Below, in pieces: positions 9,101-21,061 of a stretch of 64,000 nucleotides of DNA. The translations under genes were made by a program, and so were the position numbers. Numbering within the stretch: the stretch's first letter is position 1; each line of letters begins with the position of its first letter. The notes under the pieces were generated by a model. It worked only from the letters and a program-made list of their open reading frames with translations. It did no database searches and was not told where the DNA came from. The stretch is taken from the NCBI RefSeq assembly GCF_034669625.1, contig NZ_JAXMOY010000016.1, forward strand, positions 1,589-65,588, written 5' to 3'. The DNA comes from Marinobacter sp. Lineage in GTDB: Bacteria; Pseudomonadota; Gammaproteobacteria; Pseudomonadales; Oleiphilaceae.

Positions 9101-9930
9101 ACATATTTAATGATTTGAATTTAGTGGCTAGCGTAGACGGAGGTACGGGGAGCAAGGCTTCGATTGCGTCGGGGTTTGGGGGTGCCAGCAAAACTTATGA
9201 CAGCGCCTCTCGTTTGCAGAAGATAATGGGCGACGCTATGTTGTCGCGCATCCCTGAAGCATTGCTGCCGGAAGCCGTTCTTGATTTGGGGTGCGGCACC
9301 GGTTGGTTTACCCGCAAGTTGATGACACGCTATCCCGAGGCGCCTGTCACCGGGGCTGATTTGTCGCCTGGTATGTTGAAACAGGCGGAGGCCGCCACCG
9401 CGTCGGAGCATGTTAACTGGCTCAACGCCGATGCGGAGCAATTGCCGCTAGCGGATGGGAGTGTTGATCTGGTCTTCAGTAACCTGATGGTGCAGTGGAG
9501 TCGGCGCCCCGAGGCTGTGCTGGCAGAATGCCAGAGAGTGCTGAGGCCCGGTGGTTTTCTGGCGATGTCTACCTTGGTAGATGGCACTTTACGGGAGCTC
9601 AAGCAGGCGTGGGCTAAAGCGGACCCAGGACAGCCTCATGTGAATCGTTTTGTGCCAGCGACGGAATGGTGCCGTTTAACCGGAGCGATTTTGCCCGGCT
9701 CGACACTGGAATTGGCGCCGATCCGTTTGTCCTATGAATCGCCGATGGCACTGAATCGAGAGCTGAAGCATTTGGGCGCGGTGTTCAAAGGTAAAGAAAG
9801 GCGCCGAACGGTGACGGCTCCCGGACGTTTTAGGGGCATGTGTAGAGCGTATCCGGGGGAGGGGTCTGGAGTTGTTCTAGCGACCTACGAGGCCGGTTGG
9901 TTGTATTGGCAAAAGCCCACAGCAGGATAA
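9097..9930 (+). CDS. bioC: Malonyl-ACP O-methyltransferase
   Basis: LDLGCGTG SAM motif, ADAEQLP, FSNLMVQW, HVNRF; 4-bp ATGA overlap with bioF. Confidence 0.92.
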   Translation: MNIFNDLNLVASVDGGTGSKASIASGFGGASKTYDSASRLQKIMGDAMLSRIPEALLPEAVLDLGCGTGWFTRKLMTRYPEAPVTGADLSPGMLKQAEAATASEHVNWLNADAEQLPLADGSVDLVFSNLMVQWSRRPEAVLAECQRVLRPGGFLAMSTLVDGTLRELKQAWAKADPGQPHVNRFVPATEWCRLTGAILPGSTLELAPIRLSYESPMALNRELKHLGAVFKGKERRRTVTAPGRFRGMCRAYPGEGSGVVLATYEAGWLYWQKPTAG

Positions 9931-9935
9931 ATAAG

Positions 9936-10640
9936 ATGGCGAAGAAAACGTATTTCGTAACGGGTACAGATACAGAGGTGGGTAAAACCATCGTGAGTGC
10001 CGCGATACTGGAAGCGGCGAAGGCTCTGGGTAAACGTACCATCGCCATGAAGCCGATCGCCTCAGGTTGTGATCAAACCCCGGAGGGGCTTCGCAATGAA
10101 GATGCTCTGATGCTTCAGGCCGCGATCACGGAATCCATCGCCTATGATGCCATTAATCCGATCGCTTTAGAGCCTGCGATTGCCCCTCATGTGGCGGCGC
10201 TTCAAGCAGGTAAACAGGTTAGTGCTCAGCGTCTGATCGGATTTTGCCGTGGTCTTCAGATGCGTCCGGCGGATTTGATGCTTGTGGAAGGGGCTGGCGG
10301 TTGGCGGGTGCCGCTGAACGATCGGGAGACCTATGCTTCGGTGCCTCGCGAGATGGGTCTGGGGGTTATTCTGGTGGTGCCGCTTAAGCTGGGTTGTATC
10401 AACCATGCCATGCTCACGGCAGAAGCGATTCGTGCTGATGGTTTGAAAGTGGCCGGTTGGGTCGCCAATCATCCCGAGGCGGAGTCGATGAGTTGTGAGC
10501 AGGAAACGCTGAATTATCTGGTAACGCATCTTGATGCACCCTGTTTGGGTATTTTACCGTGGATAGATGAGGTGCCGGTTGCCGATATGCCGGCGGTTTT
10601 GGCTCGTTATTTAAATGTCTCTCCGTTGATTGAAAATTGA
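9936..10640 (+). CDS. bioD: Dethiobiotin synthetase
   Basis: YFVTGTDTEVGKT, MKPIASG, VEGAGG and LGCINHA; start placed at ATG 9936. Confidence 0.97.
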   Translation: MAKKTYFVTGTDTEVGKTIVSAAILEAAKALGKRTIAMKPIASGCDQTPEGLRNEDALMLQAAITESIAYDAINPIALEPAIAPHVAALQAGKQVSAQRLIGFCRGLQMRPADLMLVEGAGGWRVPLNDRETYASVPREMGLGVILVVPLKLGCINHAMLTAEAIRADGLKVAGWVANHPEAESMSCEQETLNYLVTHLDAPCLGILPWIDEVPVADMPAVLARYLNVSPLIEN

Positions 10641-10691
10641 TCAGGCATGTGCGTTAATTAGGTTAATTGTCTACCACGGGGACACCCCTCC

Positions 10692-10937
10692 ATGATCAAC
10701 AACACTCTCGGTATTGGTATTCAGGGCATCCAAGACGGAATGGCCGGGATGGACAATGCCGCTCGAAAGATCGCCCGTGGTGGAGCAGACGGCCCGCAAG
10801 GGAGCGCTGAGGGTGCTGGCAACCTTGCTGAGCCCATGCTTGAGCTTAATTTGTACAAACGCAGTGTCGAGGCTTCGGCGCAAGTCGTGAAAACGGCGGA
10901 TGAGACCATAGGCACTCTATTGGATATTAAGGTGTGA
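10692..10937 (+). CDS. 81-aa protein resembling only the terminal helices of flagellar rod/hook proteins
   Basis: C-terminus NLAEPMLELNLYKRSVEASAQVVKTADETIGTLLDI resembles the Flg basal-body rod C-terminal motif; N-terminus LGIGIQGI resembles the rod N-terminal motif. Confidence 0.75.
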   Translation: MINNTLGIGIQGIQDGMAGMDNAARKIARGGADGPQGSAEGAGNLAEPMLELNLYKRSVEASAQVVKTADETIGTLLDIKV

Positions 10938-10953
10938 GCGGCAGATTTCACCC

Positions 10954-11673
10954 GTGAACATACTGCCATCCGCTTCTTCTGTTTACCCCTCTTTAAGCGG
11001 CGTTTCAGGGCCCGACTCCCGCGGTTCGGCAGTCTCTGGCGCTTTGGACACACCCGGTGAAAAATCCCCTGGCGACGAAGGTCGGTCGGTGCGCGCTCCA
11101 GAGCAAGCCTCTGAAGGTAAATCGGCAGATTCGTCGACTGAAGAAACGGGGCAAGAAAAAGAGAACCCTCAGGGACTGACTGAATCCGAACTGAAAGAAC
11201 TCACCGAACTCAAAGCCCGAGACCGGGAGGTACGTGCTCACGAGGCCGCGCATCAAGCGGTGGGTGGACAACATGCCGGAGCTATCTCGTATTCGTATGA
11301 GCGTGGCCCCGATGGCGCTCAGTACGCAGTTGGCGGTGAAGTGCCTATTGATGTGTCACCGGTCGCGGGTGATCCCCAGGCGACGATCGAAAAGATGCGG
11401 GTTGTTCGCTTCGCTGCCATGGCGCCCGCCGAGCCGTCATCGCAAGATCGCGCTGTAGCCGCCCAGGCCATGCAGACGATGTTGCAGGCACAAGCAGAAC
11501 TCGCCAGTGGTGAAAGCGACAAGGCGAGCATTAATGGTGGGGCAGAAGAAGCTGAGCCGGGCCGCAACTCTCAGGAATCCCCGTCCCGCCAGGCTACAGA
11601 AGCCTATCAAAACATCTCCGCCATGCAGGGTTACGGGTTTGACTCGGACGCTGCGACCTCGATTTTTGTTTGA
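10954..11673 (+). CDS. SprA-related family protein (putative metalloprotease, HExxH)
   Basis: LKARDREVRAHEAAH, YERGPDGAQYAVGGEVPID and AAMAPAEPSSQDRAVAA, with low-complexity flanks. Confidence 0.85.
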   Translation: MNILPSASSVYPSLSGVSGPDSRGSAVSGALDTPGEKSPGDEGRSVRAPEQASEGKSADSSTEETGQEKENPQGLTESELKELTELKARDREVRAHEAAHQAVGGQHAGAISYSYERGPDGAQYAVGGEVPIDVSPVAGDPQATIEKMRVVRFAAMAPAEPSSQDRAVAAQAMQTMLQAQAELASGESDKASINGGAEEAEPGRNSQESPSRQATEAYQNISAMQGYGFDSDAATSIFV

Positions 11674-11779
11674 TTCCTTTCCTGCCATAACAGTCTGAAT
11701 ACGAACGGCGTATCGCTATTTCTAGCCTGCTCTGGTTACGTTTGTGCACACAAAGCACGACAAAATTGACTCAATTCTC

Positions 11780-11825
11780 TTGACAATTCTGTGCTCCAAA
11801 ACGTATGTTTCAAACAAGTGTTTAA
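11780..11825 (+). promoter_or_regulatory. Probable sigma70 promoter with overlapping PsrA-type operator(s) for the acyl-CoA dehydrogenase
   Basis: TTGACA 11780-11785, TATGTT near 11804; TTCAAACAAGTGTTTAA (11809-11825) fits the PsrA G/CAAAC-N2-4-GTTTG/C box, and AAAACGTATGTTTC is an adjacent second box. Confidence 0.7.
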
Positions 11826-11918
11826 TTAAGACCTTGGAGCGGAAGCTTCATGGTGTCTGAGCAAACCACGGTCATAGCTGCACCAACTTCAGCTGCAACC
11901 ATAATTGAGGTGGATTCA

Positions 11919-13718
11919 ATGCCTGAGTACAAAGCGCCCCTGCGTGATATCAAATTTGTAATGAACGAGCTGCTCGACAGCGAGACCCACTACGCCAATT
12001 TGGAAGGCGCTGAAGACGCAACTCCGGATATGGTGGATGCCATCATCCAGGAAGGTGCGAAATTTGCTGAGCAGGTGTTGTCTCCACTGAACGCAATCGG
12101 CGACCGTGAAGGCTGTACCTGGAGCGAAGACGGCGTTAAAACGCCGACTGGCTTCAAAGAAGCATACGACCAGTTTGTTGAAGGCGGTTGGCCTTCACTG
12201 GCCGCTGACGCCAATTACGGTGGTCAGGGTCTACCCGATTCCCTCGGCATCGTGATGAGCGAGCTGAACGGTACCGCTAACTGGTCTTGGGGTATGTACC
12301 CGGGCCTTAGCCACGGTGCAATCAATACTCTTGAAGCACACGGTACTGAAGAACAGAAGCAGACTTACCTGACCAAGATGATCAGCGGTGAGTGGACGGG
12401 CACCATGTGCTTGACCGAATCTCACTGTGGTTCTGACCTGGGCACACTGCGTACTAAAGCAGAGCCTAATGCAGACGGTTCATACAGCATTTCCGGCACC
12501 AAGATCTTCATCTCTGCCGGTGAGCACGACATGACCGAGAATATTATTCACATCGTTCTGGCTCGTCTGCCAGGTGCGCCTGAAGGTACCAAGGGCATCT
12601 CCCTGTTTATCGTACCTAAGTGCCTGCCAGCCGAAGACGGTTCTGCCGGTGAGCGTAACGCCGTTTCCTGTGGTTCCATCGAGCACAAGATGGGGATCCA
12701 CGGTAACGCAACTTGCGTAATGAACTTCGACGGTGCCAAAGGTTGGTTGATCGGGCCTGAAAATAAAGGTCTGAACTGCATGTTCACTTTCATGAACACC
12801 GCCCGTATCGGTACCGCGATTCAGGGTCTGGGTGCTGCAGAACTGGCGTTCCAGGGATCACTGGCTTACGCGAAAGACCGTCTGGCGATGCGTTCACTGA
12901 GTGGCGCCAAGAACCCAGAAGGCATTGCTGACCCGATCATCGTTCACCCGGACGTGCGTCGTATGCTGCTGACTCAGAAGGCCGTGGCTGAAGGTGCTCG
13001 CGCACTGATCTACCTGACCGCTCAGAAAGCTGACGTCGTAGGTCGTGGTAAGACTGAGGAAGAGCGCAAAGAAGCTGACGAAGCACTGGGCTTCCTGACG
13101 CCCATCGCCAAAGCCTTCCTGACCGAAATCGGTTACGAAGCAGCGAACTTGGGTATGCAGGTATTCGGTGGTCACGGTTTCATCTCCGAATGGGGCATGG
13201 AGCAGAACGTACGTGATGCCCGTATCGGCATGATCTACGAAGGCACCACCGGCATTCAGGCGCTGGATTTGTTGGGCCGTAAGGTTCTGATGACTCAAGG
13301 AGAGTCTCTGAAGACCTTCACCAAGCAGGTTCACGTATTCTGCAAGGAAAATGCCGACAACGAGCAGTTGAAGCAGTTCGTTGAGCCGCTGGCTGCGATC
13401 AACAAGGAGTGGGGCGACCTGACCATGAAAGTGGGTATGGCCGCCATGAAGAACCGTGAAGAAGTTGGTTCTGCTTCTGTTGATTACCTGATGTACTCTG
13501 GCTACGCCGTGTTTGCATACCTGTGGGCCCAGATGGCCAAGATTGCTCAGGAGAAGCTGGAAGAAGGTACCAGTGAAGAAGCGTTTTACACCGCTAAGCT
13601 TCAGACTGCACGCTTCTACTTCACCCGCATGCTGCCGCGTACCAGGACTCACGCTGTAACCATGCTGGCCGGCGCAGATACGCTGCTGGATATGCCGGAA
13701 GAAAACTTCGCCCTTTAA
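11919..13718 (+). CDS. Long-chain acyl-CoA dehydrogenase (FadE-like, ~600 aa)
   Basis: [10 protein letters not shown] start after a GAGG RBS; [39 protein letters not shown] and [10 protein letters not shown] motifs. Confidence 0.95.
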   Translation: MPEYKAPLRDIKFVMNELLDSETHYANLEGAEDATPDMVDAIIQEGAKFAEQVLSPLNAIGDREGCTWSEDGVKTPTGFKEAYDQFVEGGWPSLAADANYGGQGLPDSLGIVMSELNGTANWSWGMYPGLSHGAINTLEAHGTEEQKQTYLTKMISGEWTGTMCLTESHCGSDLGTLRTKAEPNADGSYSISGTKIFISAGEHDMTENIIHIVLARLPGAPEGTKGISLFIVPKCLPAEDGSAGERNAVSCGSIEHKMGIHGNATCVMNFDGAKGWLIGPENKGLNCMFTFMNTARIGTAIQGLGAAELAFQGSLAYAKDRLAMRSLSGAKNPEGIADPIIVHPDVRRMLLTQKAVAEGARALIYLTAQKADVVGRGKTEEERKEADEALGFLTPIAKAFLTEIGYEAANLGMQVFGGHGFISEWGMEQNVRDARIGMIYEGTTGIQALDLLGRKVLMTQGESLKTFTKQVHVFCKENADNEQLKQFVEPLAAINKEWGDLTMKVGMAAMKNREEVGSASVDYLMYSGYAVFAYLWAQMAKIAQEKLEEGTSEEAFYTAKLQTARFYFTRMLPRTRTHAVTMLAGADTLLDMPEENFAL

Positions 13719-13747
13719 GGCTGAGGTTGCTATCTGATTGATAGTGC

Positions 13748-13786
13748 AAAAAAAGCCCGTTCTCTGTGAGGAGACGGGCTTTTTTC
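13748..13786 (+). terminator. Intrinsic terminator
   Basis: AAAAAAAGCCCGT...ACGGGCTTTTTT. Confidence 0.9.
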
Positions 13787-13944
13787 ATGAGTTTAGGGTC
13801 GGTATTAATGTAGAATACCGGCCCACACTATAATAATTTTTTTGCGGACACATTGCCGATCGGGCGGACGTCGCTGAGCCTTCTTGTGAGGGCCGTTTTG
13901 AGCATGCCCCCGAAAAGACTGACTGATTTTCTGGAGAGCTATAC

Positions 13945-15735
13945 ATGGCTGATTATCAAGCCCCCCTTCGTGATATGAGTTTCGTGTTGAACGAAATGTT
14001 TGATGCGCCTGCTTTGTGGGCCTCACTGCCAAGAATTGCTGAAAATGTAGATCCGGAAACGGCCGATGCCATTCTGGAAGAAGCTGGAAAAATCACCAGC
14101 GGCGTTCTTGCCCCGCTGAACCGCGAAGCCGATGAGCAAGGCTGTAAGTGGAACGAAGGTGAAGTCACCAGTCCGGAAGGCTTTAAAGAGGCGTATCAGA
14201 CCATCGTTGAAGGTGGTTGGAATGGTCTGGGCGGTAACCCGGAATTCGGTGGCATGGGTATGCCCAAAACTCTGGTCGCGCAATTTGAAGAAATGATGCA
14301 GGGCGCCAACATGGCCTTCGGCCTGGCTCCCATGCTAACCGCTGGCGCATGCCTGGCGTTGAACGCCCACGGCAGCCAGGAACTGAAAGAAAAGTACCTG
14401 CCGAACATGTACTCTGGCGTTTGGTCTGGTGCCATGGGCTTGACCGAGCCGCATGCGGGTACTGATCTGGGTATTATTCGTACCAAGGCTGAGCCGAAAG
14501 ACGACGGCTCCTTCGACCTAACCGGCACCAAGATCTTTATCACTTGGGGCGAGCACGACATGGCGGAGAACATCATCCACCTGGTGCTGGCCAAACTGCC
14601 GGATGCACCTAAAGGTCCGAAGGGTATCTCCTTGTTCCTGGTTCCGAAGTTCATGGTTAATGACGACGGTTCTCTGGGCGAGCGTAACCAATTCAGCTGT
14701 GGTTCTATTGAAAAGAAAATGGGCATCAAAGGTTCCGCTACTTGCGTAATGAACTTTGATGGCGCCAAAGGCTGGTTGGTTGGCGAAGAAAATAAAGGCC
14801 TGAACGCCATGTTCACCATGATGAACTACGAGCGTCTGGGTGTAGGCATCCAAGGTATTGGCGCGGCTGAAGCCTCACTGCAAAGCGCTCGTGAATACGC
14901 CAACGAGCGTATCCAGAGCCGTGCTCCAACCGGTGCCCAGCAGCCTGAAAAAGCCGCTGACCCGATCCTGGTTCATCCGGACGTTCGTCGCATGCTGCTC
15001 ACCATGAAGAGCTACGTTGAAGGCGGCCGTGCTTTCTCTACATACGTAGCCAAGTGGTTGGACATCTCCAAGTACTCCGACAACGACGAGCAGCGCAAAC
15101 ACGCCGAAGGCTTGGTTGCCTTGCTGACTCCGGTTGCCAAAGCCTTCCTGACCGACCGCGGTCTGGAAACCACCATCATTGGCCAGCAGGTCTTCGGTGG
15201 TCACGGCTTCATCCGTGAGTGGGGTCAGGAGCAGTTGGTTCGTGACTGCCGTATCACCCAGATTTACGAAGGTACCAACGGTATCCAGGCGATGGACCTG
15301 ATGGGCCGTAAAGTGGTGGCGAGCCAGGGCAAATTGTTCGAACTTTTCGCAGAAGACGTGGGTGCATTCATCGAAGAAAACAGCGCTGACGAAGCGCTGC
15401 GCCCCTACCTGGAGCCGCTGGCGGCTGCGCTGGAGCGACTGGCTGACACCACTGAACACGTCATCAAACAGGCTGCTGAAAACCCCAACGCCGTTGGCGC
15501 TGCGGCAGTCGACTACCTGGATATGTTCGGCTACACCGCGCTGGCCTACATGTGGGCGAAAGCGGTTAAAGCTGCTGCACCGAAGGCAGAAGGTGACACC
15601 TCCGGCTTCTACACCGGTAAGCTGAAAACCGCACGTTTCTACTTCGAGCGACTACTGCCGAAGGCCGTGTCACTGGCTGAAGGCATCCGCAGTGGCAGCG
15701 ATGCCATGATGGCGCTGGATGCGAACGAAATTTAA
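13945..15735 (+). CDS. Second long-chain acyl-CoA dehydrogenase (tandem paralog)
   Basis: [44 protein letters not shown] and IYEGTNGIQA. Confidence 0.95.
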   Translation: MADYQAPLRDMSFVLNEMFDAPALWASLPRIAENVDPETADAILEEAGKITSGVLAPLNREADEQGCKWNEGEVTSPEGFKEAYQTIVEGGWNGLGGNPEFGGMGMPKTLVAQFEEMMQGANMAFGLAPMLTAGACLALNAHGSQELKEKYLPNMYSGVWSGAMGLTEPHAGTDLGIIRTKAEPKDDGSFDLTGTKIFITWGEHDMAENIIHLVLAKLPDAPKGPKGISLFLVPKFMVNDDGSLGERNQFSCGSIEKKMGIKGSATCVMNFDGAKGWLVGEENKGLNAMFTMMNYERLGVGIQGIGAAEASLQSAREYANERIQSRAPTGAQQPEKAADPILVHPDVRRMLLTMKSYVEGGRAFSTYVAKWLDISKYSDNDEQRKHAEGLVALLTPVAKAFLTDRGLETTIIGQQVFGGHGFIREWGQEQLVRDCRITQIYEGTNGIQAMDLMGRKVVASQGKLFELFAEDVGAFIEENSADEALRPYLEPLAAALERLADTTEHVIKQAAENPNAVGAAAVDYLDMFGYTALAYMWAKAVKAAAPKAEGDTSGFYTGKLKTARFYFERLLPKAVSLAEGIRSGSDAMMALDANEI

Positions 15736-15761
15736 ACCGATTTCGTAGATCCGGTACGTAC

Positions 15762-15788
15762 AAAGCAGGCCCTAGTGGCCTGCTTTTT
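15762..15788 (+). terminator. Intrinsic terminator, possibly bidirectional
   Basis: AAAGCAGGCC-CTAGT-GGCCTGCTTTTTT. Confidence 0.88.
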
Positions 15789-15844
15789 TGTGGGTACTGA
15801 TAAACAAACTGTATCACGCATACCCTAGGGCGCCGAAGTTGTTA

Positions 15845-16480
15845 CTACAGGCGATGGATCAGGTCCGGATTAATCACAAACGGATTCTCATTACCCTGAA
15901 TTTCTGCAACGCTACGGTGCCTGGTCTGCTCCTTATCATCCGGCGGATCAAGCTCGCTCCAGCTCTGGAACACCGGAGACGCGCCCAGCCACGGCAAGCC
16001 GTAAGTGTCGACCATATACGCCATCGTACGAGCGACATCACCCTTAATGCGCTCCGGCGGCTCAAAGAACTGATTATTCGTACGGATGCCGCACTCATCT
16101 CTATCGATGGCCTGACTCAAATTCTCATAACGCGCTGTTCGGCGTTTTAGCTCCACGCGGCTGCGAACCGGAACCATGTTGTGCAAATCTGACGAGATCT
16201 GGCGGTAGCGATTATCCCGCTTGCACTGCGATGTGGTCCCGCAATCCAAAGCGGAACGAATATCGGCGAGCGGATAGATGTGCCCGTCAGTCATCACAAA
16301 ACCTTTGGATTTGAACGGCTCATCACAGAAAAAAGACGTCCCGCCGTCAGCATAAAGGTTGCCCCAAAACTCATTTTTGACCACCGATTCCGGATCACTG
16401 AATCGAGTGTTCTGAGCGATAACCATGCCGGCTGAAAGAGCGATAGCAAGTGTCGTGGGTATGGCTATTATTTTTTTCAT
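15845..16480 (-). CDS. Secreted endonuclease I (EndA/Vvn) family protein with a divergent active site
   Basis: Signal peptide; LYADGG..FFC, HIYP, DLHNMVP, FEPPERIKGDVAR, DPPD..E..R and IQGNENPFV. Confidence 0.82.
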   Translation of the reverse strand: MKKIIAIPTTLAIALSAGMVIAQNTRFSDPESVVKNEFWGNLYADGGTSFFCDEPFKSKGFVMTDGHIYPLADIRSALDCGTTSQCKRDNRYRQISSDLHNMVPVRSRVELKRRTARYENLSQAIDRDECGIRTNNQFFEPPERIKGDVARTMAYMVDTYGLPWLGASPVFQSWSELDPPDDKEQTRHRSVAEIQGNENPFVINPDLIHRL

Positions 16481-16738
16481 GGTCCATATGCCTCACCGTG
16501 TACATCGAGTGCCTGATCTGGCTGATAGCTAAACGATCAAGTCGCAGGAATTATGACAGTGTGATCATTTATTGATGTGAAGTATGACACAGTGATGGTC
16601 AGCGGAAACCGCGTTTGGCTTGGTTAATGTGTATGTTTGTTACTCACCTTGTGAGGCGTGTCAGCAAGTTTCGATGGGTATTGCAGTGTGGCTGGGGTAT
16701 CAGGCGAGCGCGTGTAGTGAGGTGCCTTGGGTGCCGAC

Positions 16739-17746
16739 TCAGTTGGCGCCGGCAAGCAGAGCCGACAAATCCCTGAGATGGTGCCATGGTGATAAGTCGC
16801 CGTAACCCTTGGCGGCACGATCGGTAATACTGCACAGTCTGATGGCGCGGTGCAGTTGCATCAGGCTGAGTCGTCGCGCGGCCTGTTGAATAGCGCCCGC
16901 CCGCTTGGGTTGGAACACCCCGCGTTTTTTCAGAAAGCCCGCCGGATTGTCGCCGGGAGGTAAGGCGGTCTTCAGTTCTATGATTAAATGCAGATCACGA
17001 ACCAGCACGCTCAACAAGCCCAGCGGATTTTCACCTTCCTGCTGCAGGATTCCGATGATTTTGCCAGCATGAGCCGCTTTACCGGCGAGCAATTCGGTTA
17101 CCAGCTCGAAACCGTTGAACCGTGCGCTGTCTTGTACCGCCATCTCGATGGTTTCTTCATCGATGGTTTTACCGTCGGAGAGAAGGGTTAGCCGGTCCAG
17201 CTCCTGACTCGCGGCAAGCAAGTTGCCTTCCAAGCGTTCGGCCAGCATCGCCAGAGCGCCACGGGTAATGTGCAGGCCCTGGTTGCTGGCCCGCTGCTGA
17301 AGCCAGCCGGAAAATTTATCCGAATCCACGGGCCAAACCGGAACATGGACTCCATTGGCCTGTAAATCTTTATACCATTTACGTTTGGTTTCTGCCGCGT
17401 CGAGTTTGGCACTGATCAGCAGCAGGATGACGTCGTCCGGAGGGAATTGGAGAATTTGCTCCATGACCTTTCGGCCGTCGCCCAGTTTGCCGGTGGGCAA
17501 GTGGATTTCGATACGCCGCTTCTCCGCAAACAGAGACATAGCGTTACATTCGTTAGCCACTGAGCCCCAGTCCAGCTGTTGATCAGCGTGATACGTCAGA
17601 CGGTCACGGTAGCCCGCGTTTTTGGCGCTCTTGCGTATCTGGTCGCAGCATTCCTCAACCAGCAAGGGTTCATCACCCGAGACAAGGTAAACCGGTGCAA
17701 GACCCTTCTTCAGTGTTTGAGGGAGTTGGCCGGCCTGAATCTTCAT
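16739..17746 (-). CDS. holA: DNA polymerase III subunit delta
   Basis: YLVSGDEPLL, SLFAEKR, EGNLLAASQEL and DRAAKG; downstream of lptE. Confidence 0.95.
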   Translation of the reverse strand: MKIQAGQLPQTLKKGLAPVYLVSGDEPLLVEECCDQIRKSAKNAGYRDRLTYHADQQLDWGSVANECNAMSLFAEKRRIEIHLPTGKLGDGRKVMEQILQFPPDDVILLLISAKLDAAETKRKWYKDLQANGVHVPVWPVDSDKFSGWLQQRASNQGLHITRGALAMLAERLEGNLLAASQELDRLTLLSDGKTIDEETIEMAVQDSARFNGFELVTELLAGKAAHAGKIIGILQQEGENPLGLLSVLVRDLHLIIELKTALPPGDNPAGFLKKRGVFQPKRAGAIQQAARRLSLMQLHRAIRLCSITDRAAKGYGDLSPWHHLRDLSALLAGAN

Positions 17747-18321
17747 GGTGACTCGGAAGGTTTTTCGTTGGCTGAATGCGCCTTTAGGGCGGCGTCAATT
17801 CGCTCTTGCGTTATCGGCACCAACCGGAAAATAACCTGCTGGGCAAGTTGGTCACCAAGCTGCTGTTGAAGCTCTTCTTCTTCTCGCTGCTTGGCGAGCA
17901 CGTTGGTTTCGTCGTAGCGATAGGTTTCGCTAGAGGTCAGCTCAGTTGCTGCTATGAGCGGCACCTGGTTGGACGTGAATAGTTCAAGGGTTACGCTGTG
18001 GCGCAAAACGTACTCGGCGGCAGAGGCCTGCGCAGTGATTGCTGACGCCCGGCGATCCTTACTGTAGTTCCGAAGTTTCAGTTGGTAATCGGCGGTCTCG
18101 ATGGGCTGTAACTCAATGCCGCCCAGAGACAGTTGTTCCCGAACCGACTCACAGAATCTAGCCGGCAAGGACTCCGGGCAATCAATGGCCAGAGGCTGCA
18201 AAGCCGCCGGTACCGGCGAGGTGCCCCGTAGCTGAAAACCGCAGCCGGAAACGACGGTCACGGTCAGTGCCGCTAGTAGCGGCAACCGAAGTGTTTTCAG
18301 TAACAGAGGCACCCATCTCAT
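17743..18321 (-). CDS. lptE: LPS assembly lipoprotein LptE
   Basis: Lipobox VSGC followed by GFQLRG; lies between leuS and holA; start placed at ATG 18321. Confidence 0.92.
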   Translation of the reverse strand: MRWVPLLLKTLRLPLLAALTVTVVSGCGFQLRGTSPVPAALQPLAIDCPESLPARFCESVREQLSLGGIELQPIETADYQLKLRNYSKDRRASAITAQASAAEYVLRHSVTLELFTSNQVPLIAATELTSSETYRYDETNVLAKQREEEELQQQLGDQLAQQVIFRLVPITQERIDAALKAHSANEKPSESP

Positions 18322-18322
18322 A

Positions 18323-20935
<2,613 letters not shown>

Positions 20936-21061
20936 TCAGAATGATGTTCGAAAAGGCCGAACATTCTAACGCACCCGCGGCTTAACAGGTAGTCTGCCAA
21001 TTTGTCGGACTTGTGCCAGACTTCCTAATGTTGGAGTTTTTCAGAAGATGAGAGGACGACC

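Noticed and set aside
10562-10588. GCCGATAT as a sigma28 -10 for the rod-like gene
   Set aside because: No TAAA at the proper spacing, and the site lies within bioD coding sequence.
20938-20967. Bulged hairpin in the leuS leader
   Set aside because: Short, with no T-box, leader peptide or terminator features; insufficient support for attenuation.
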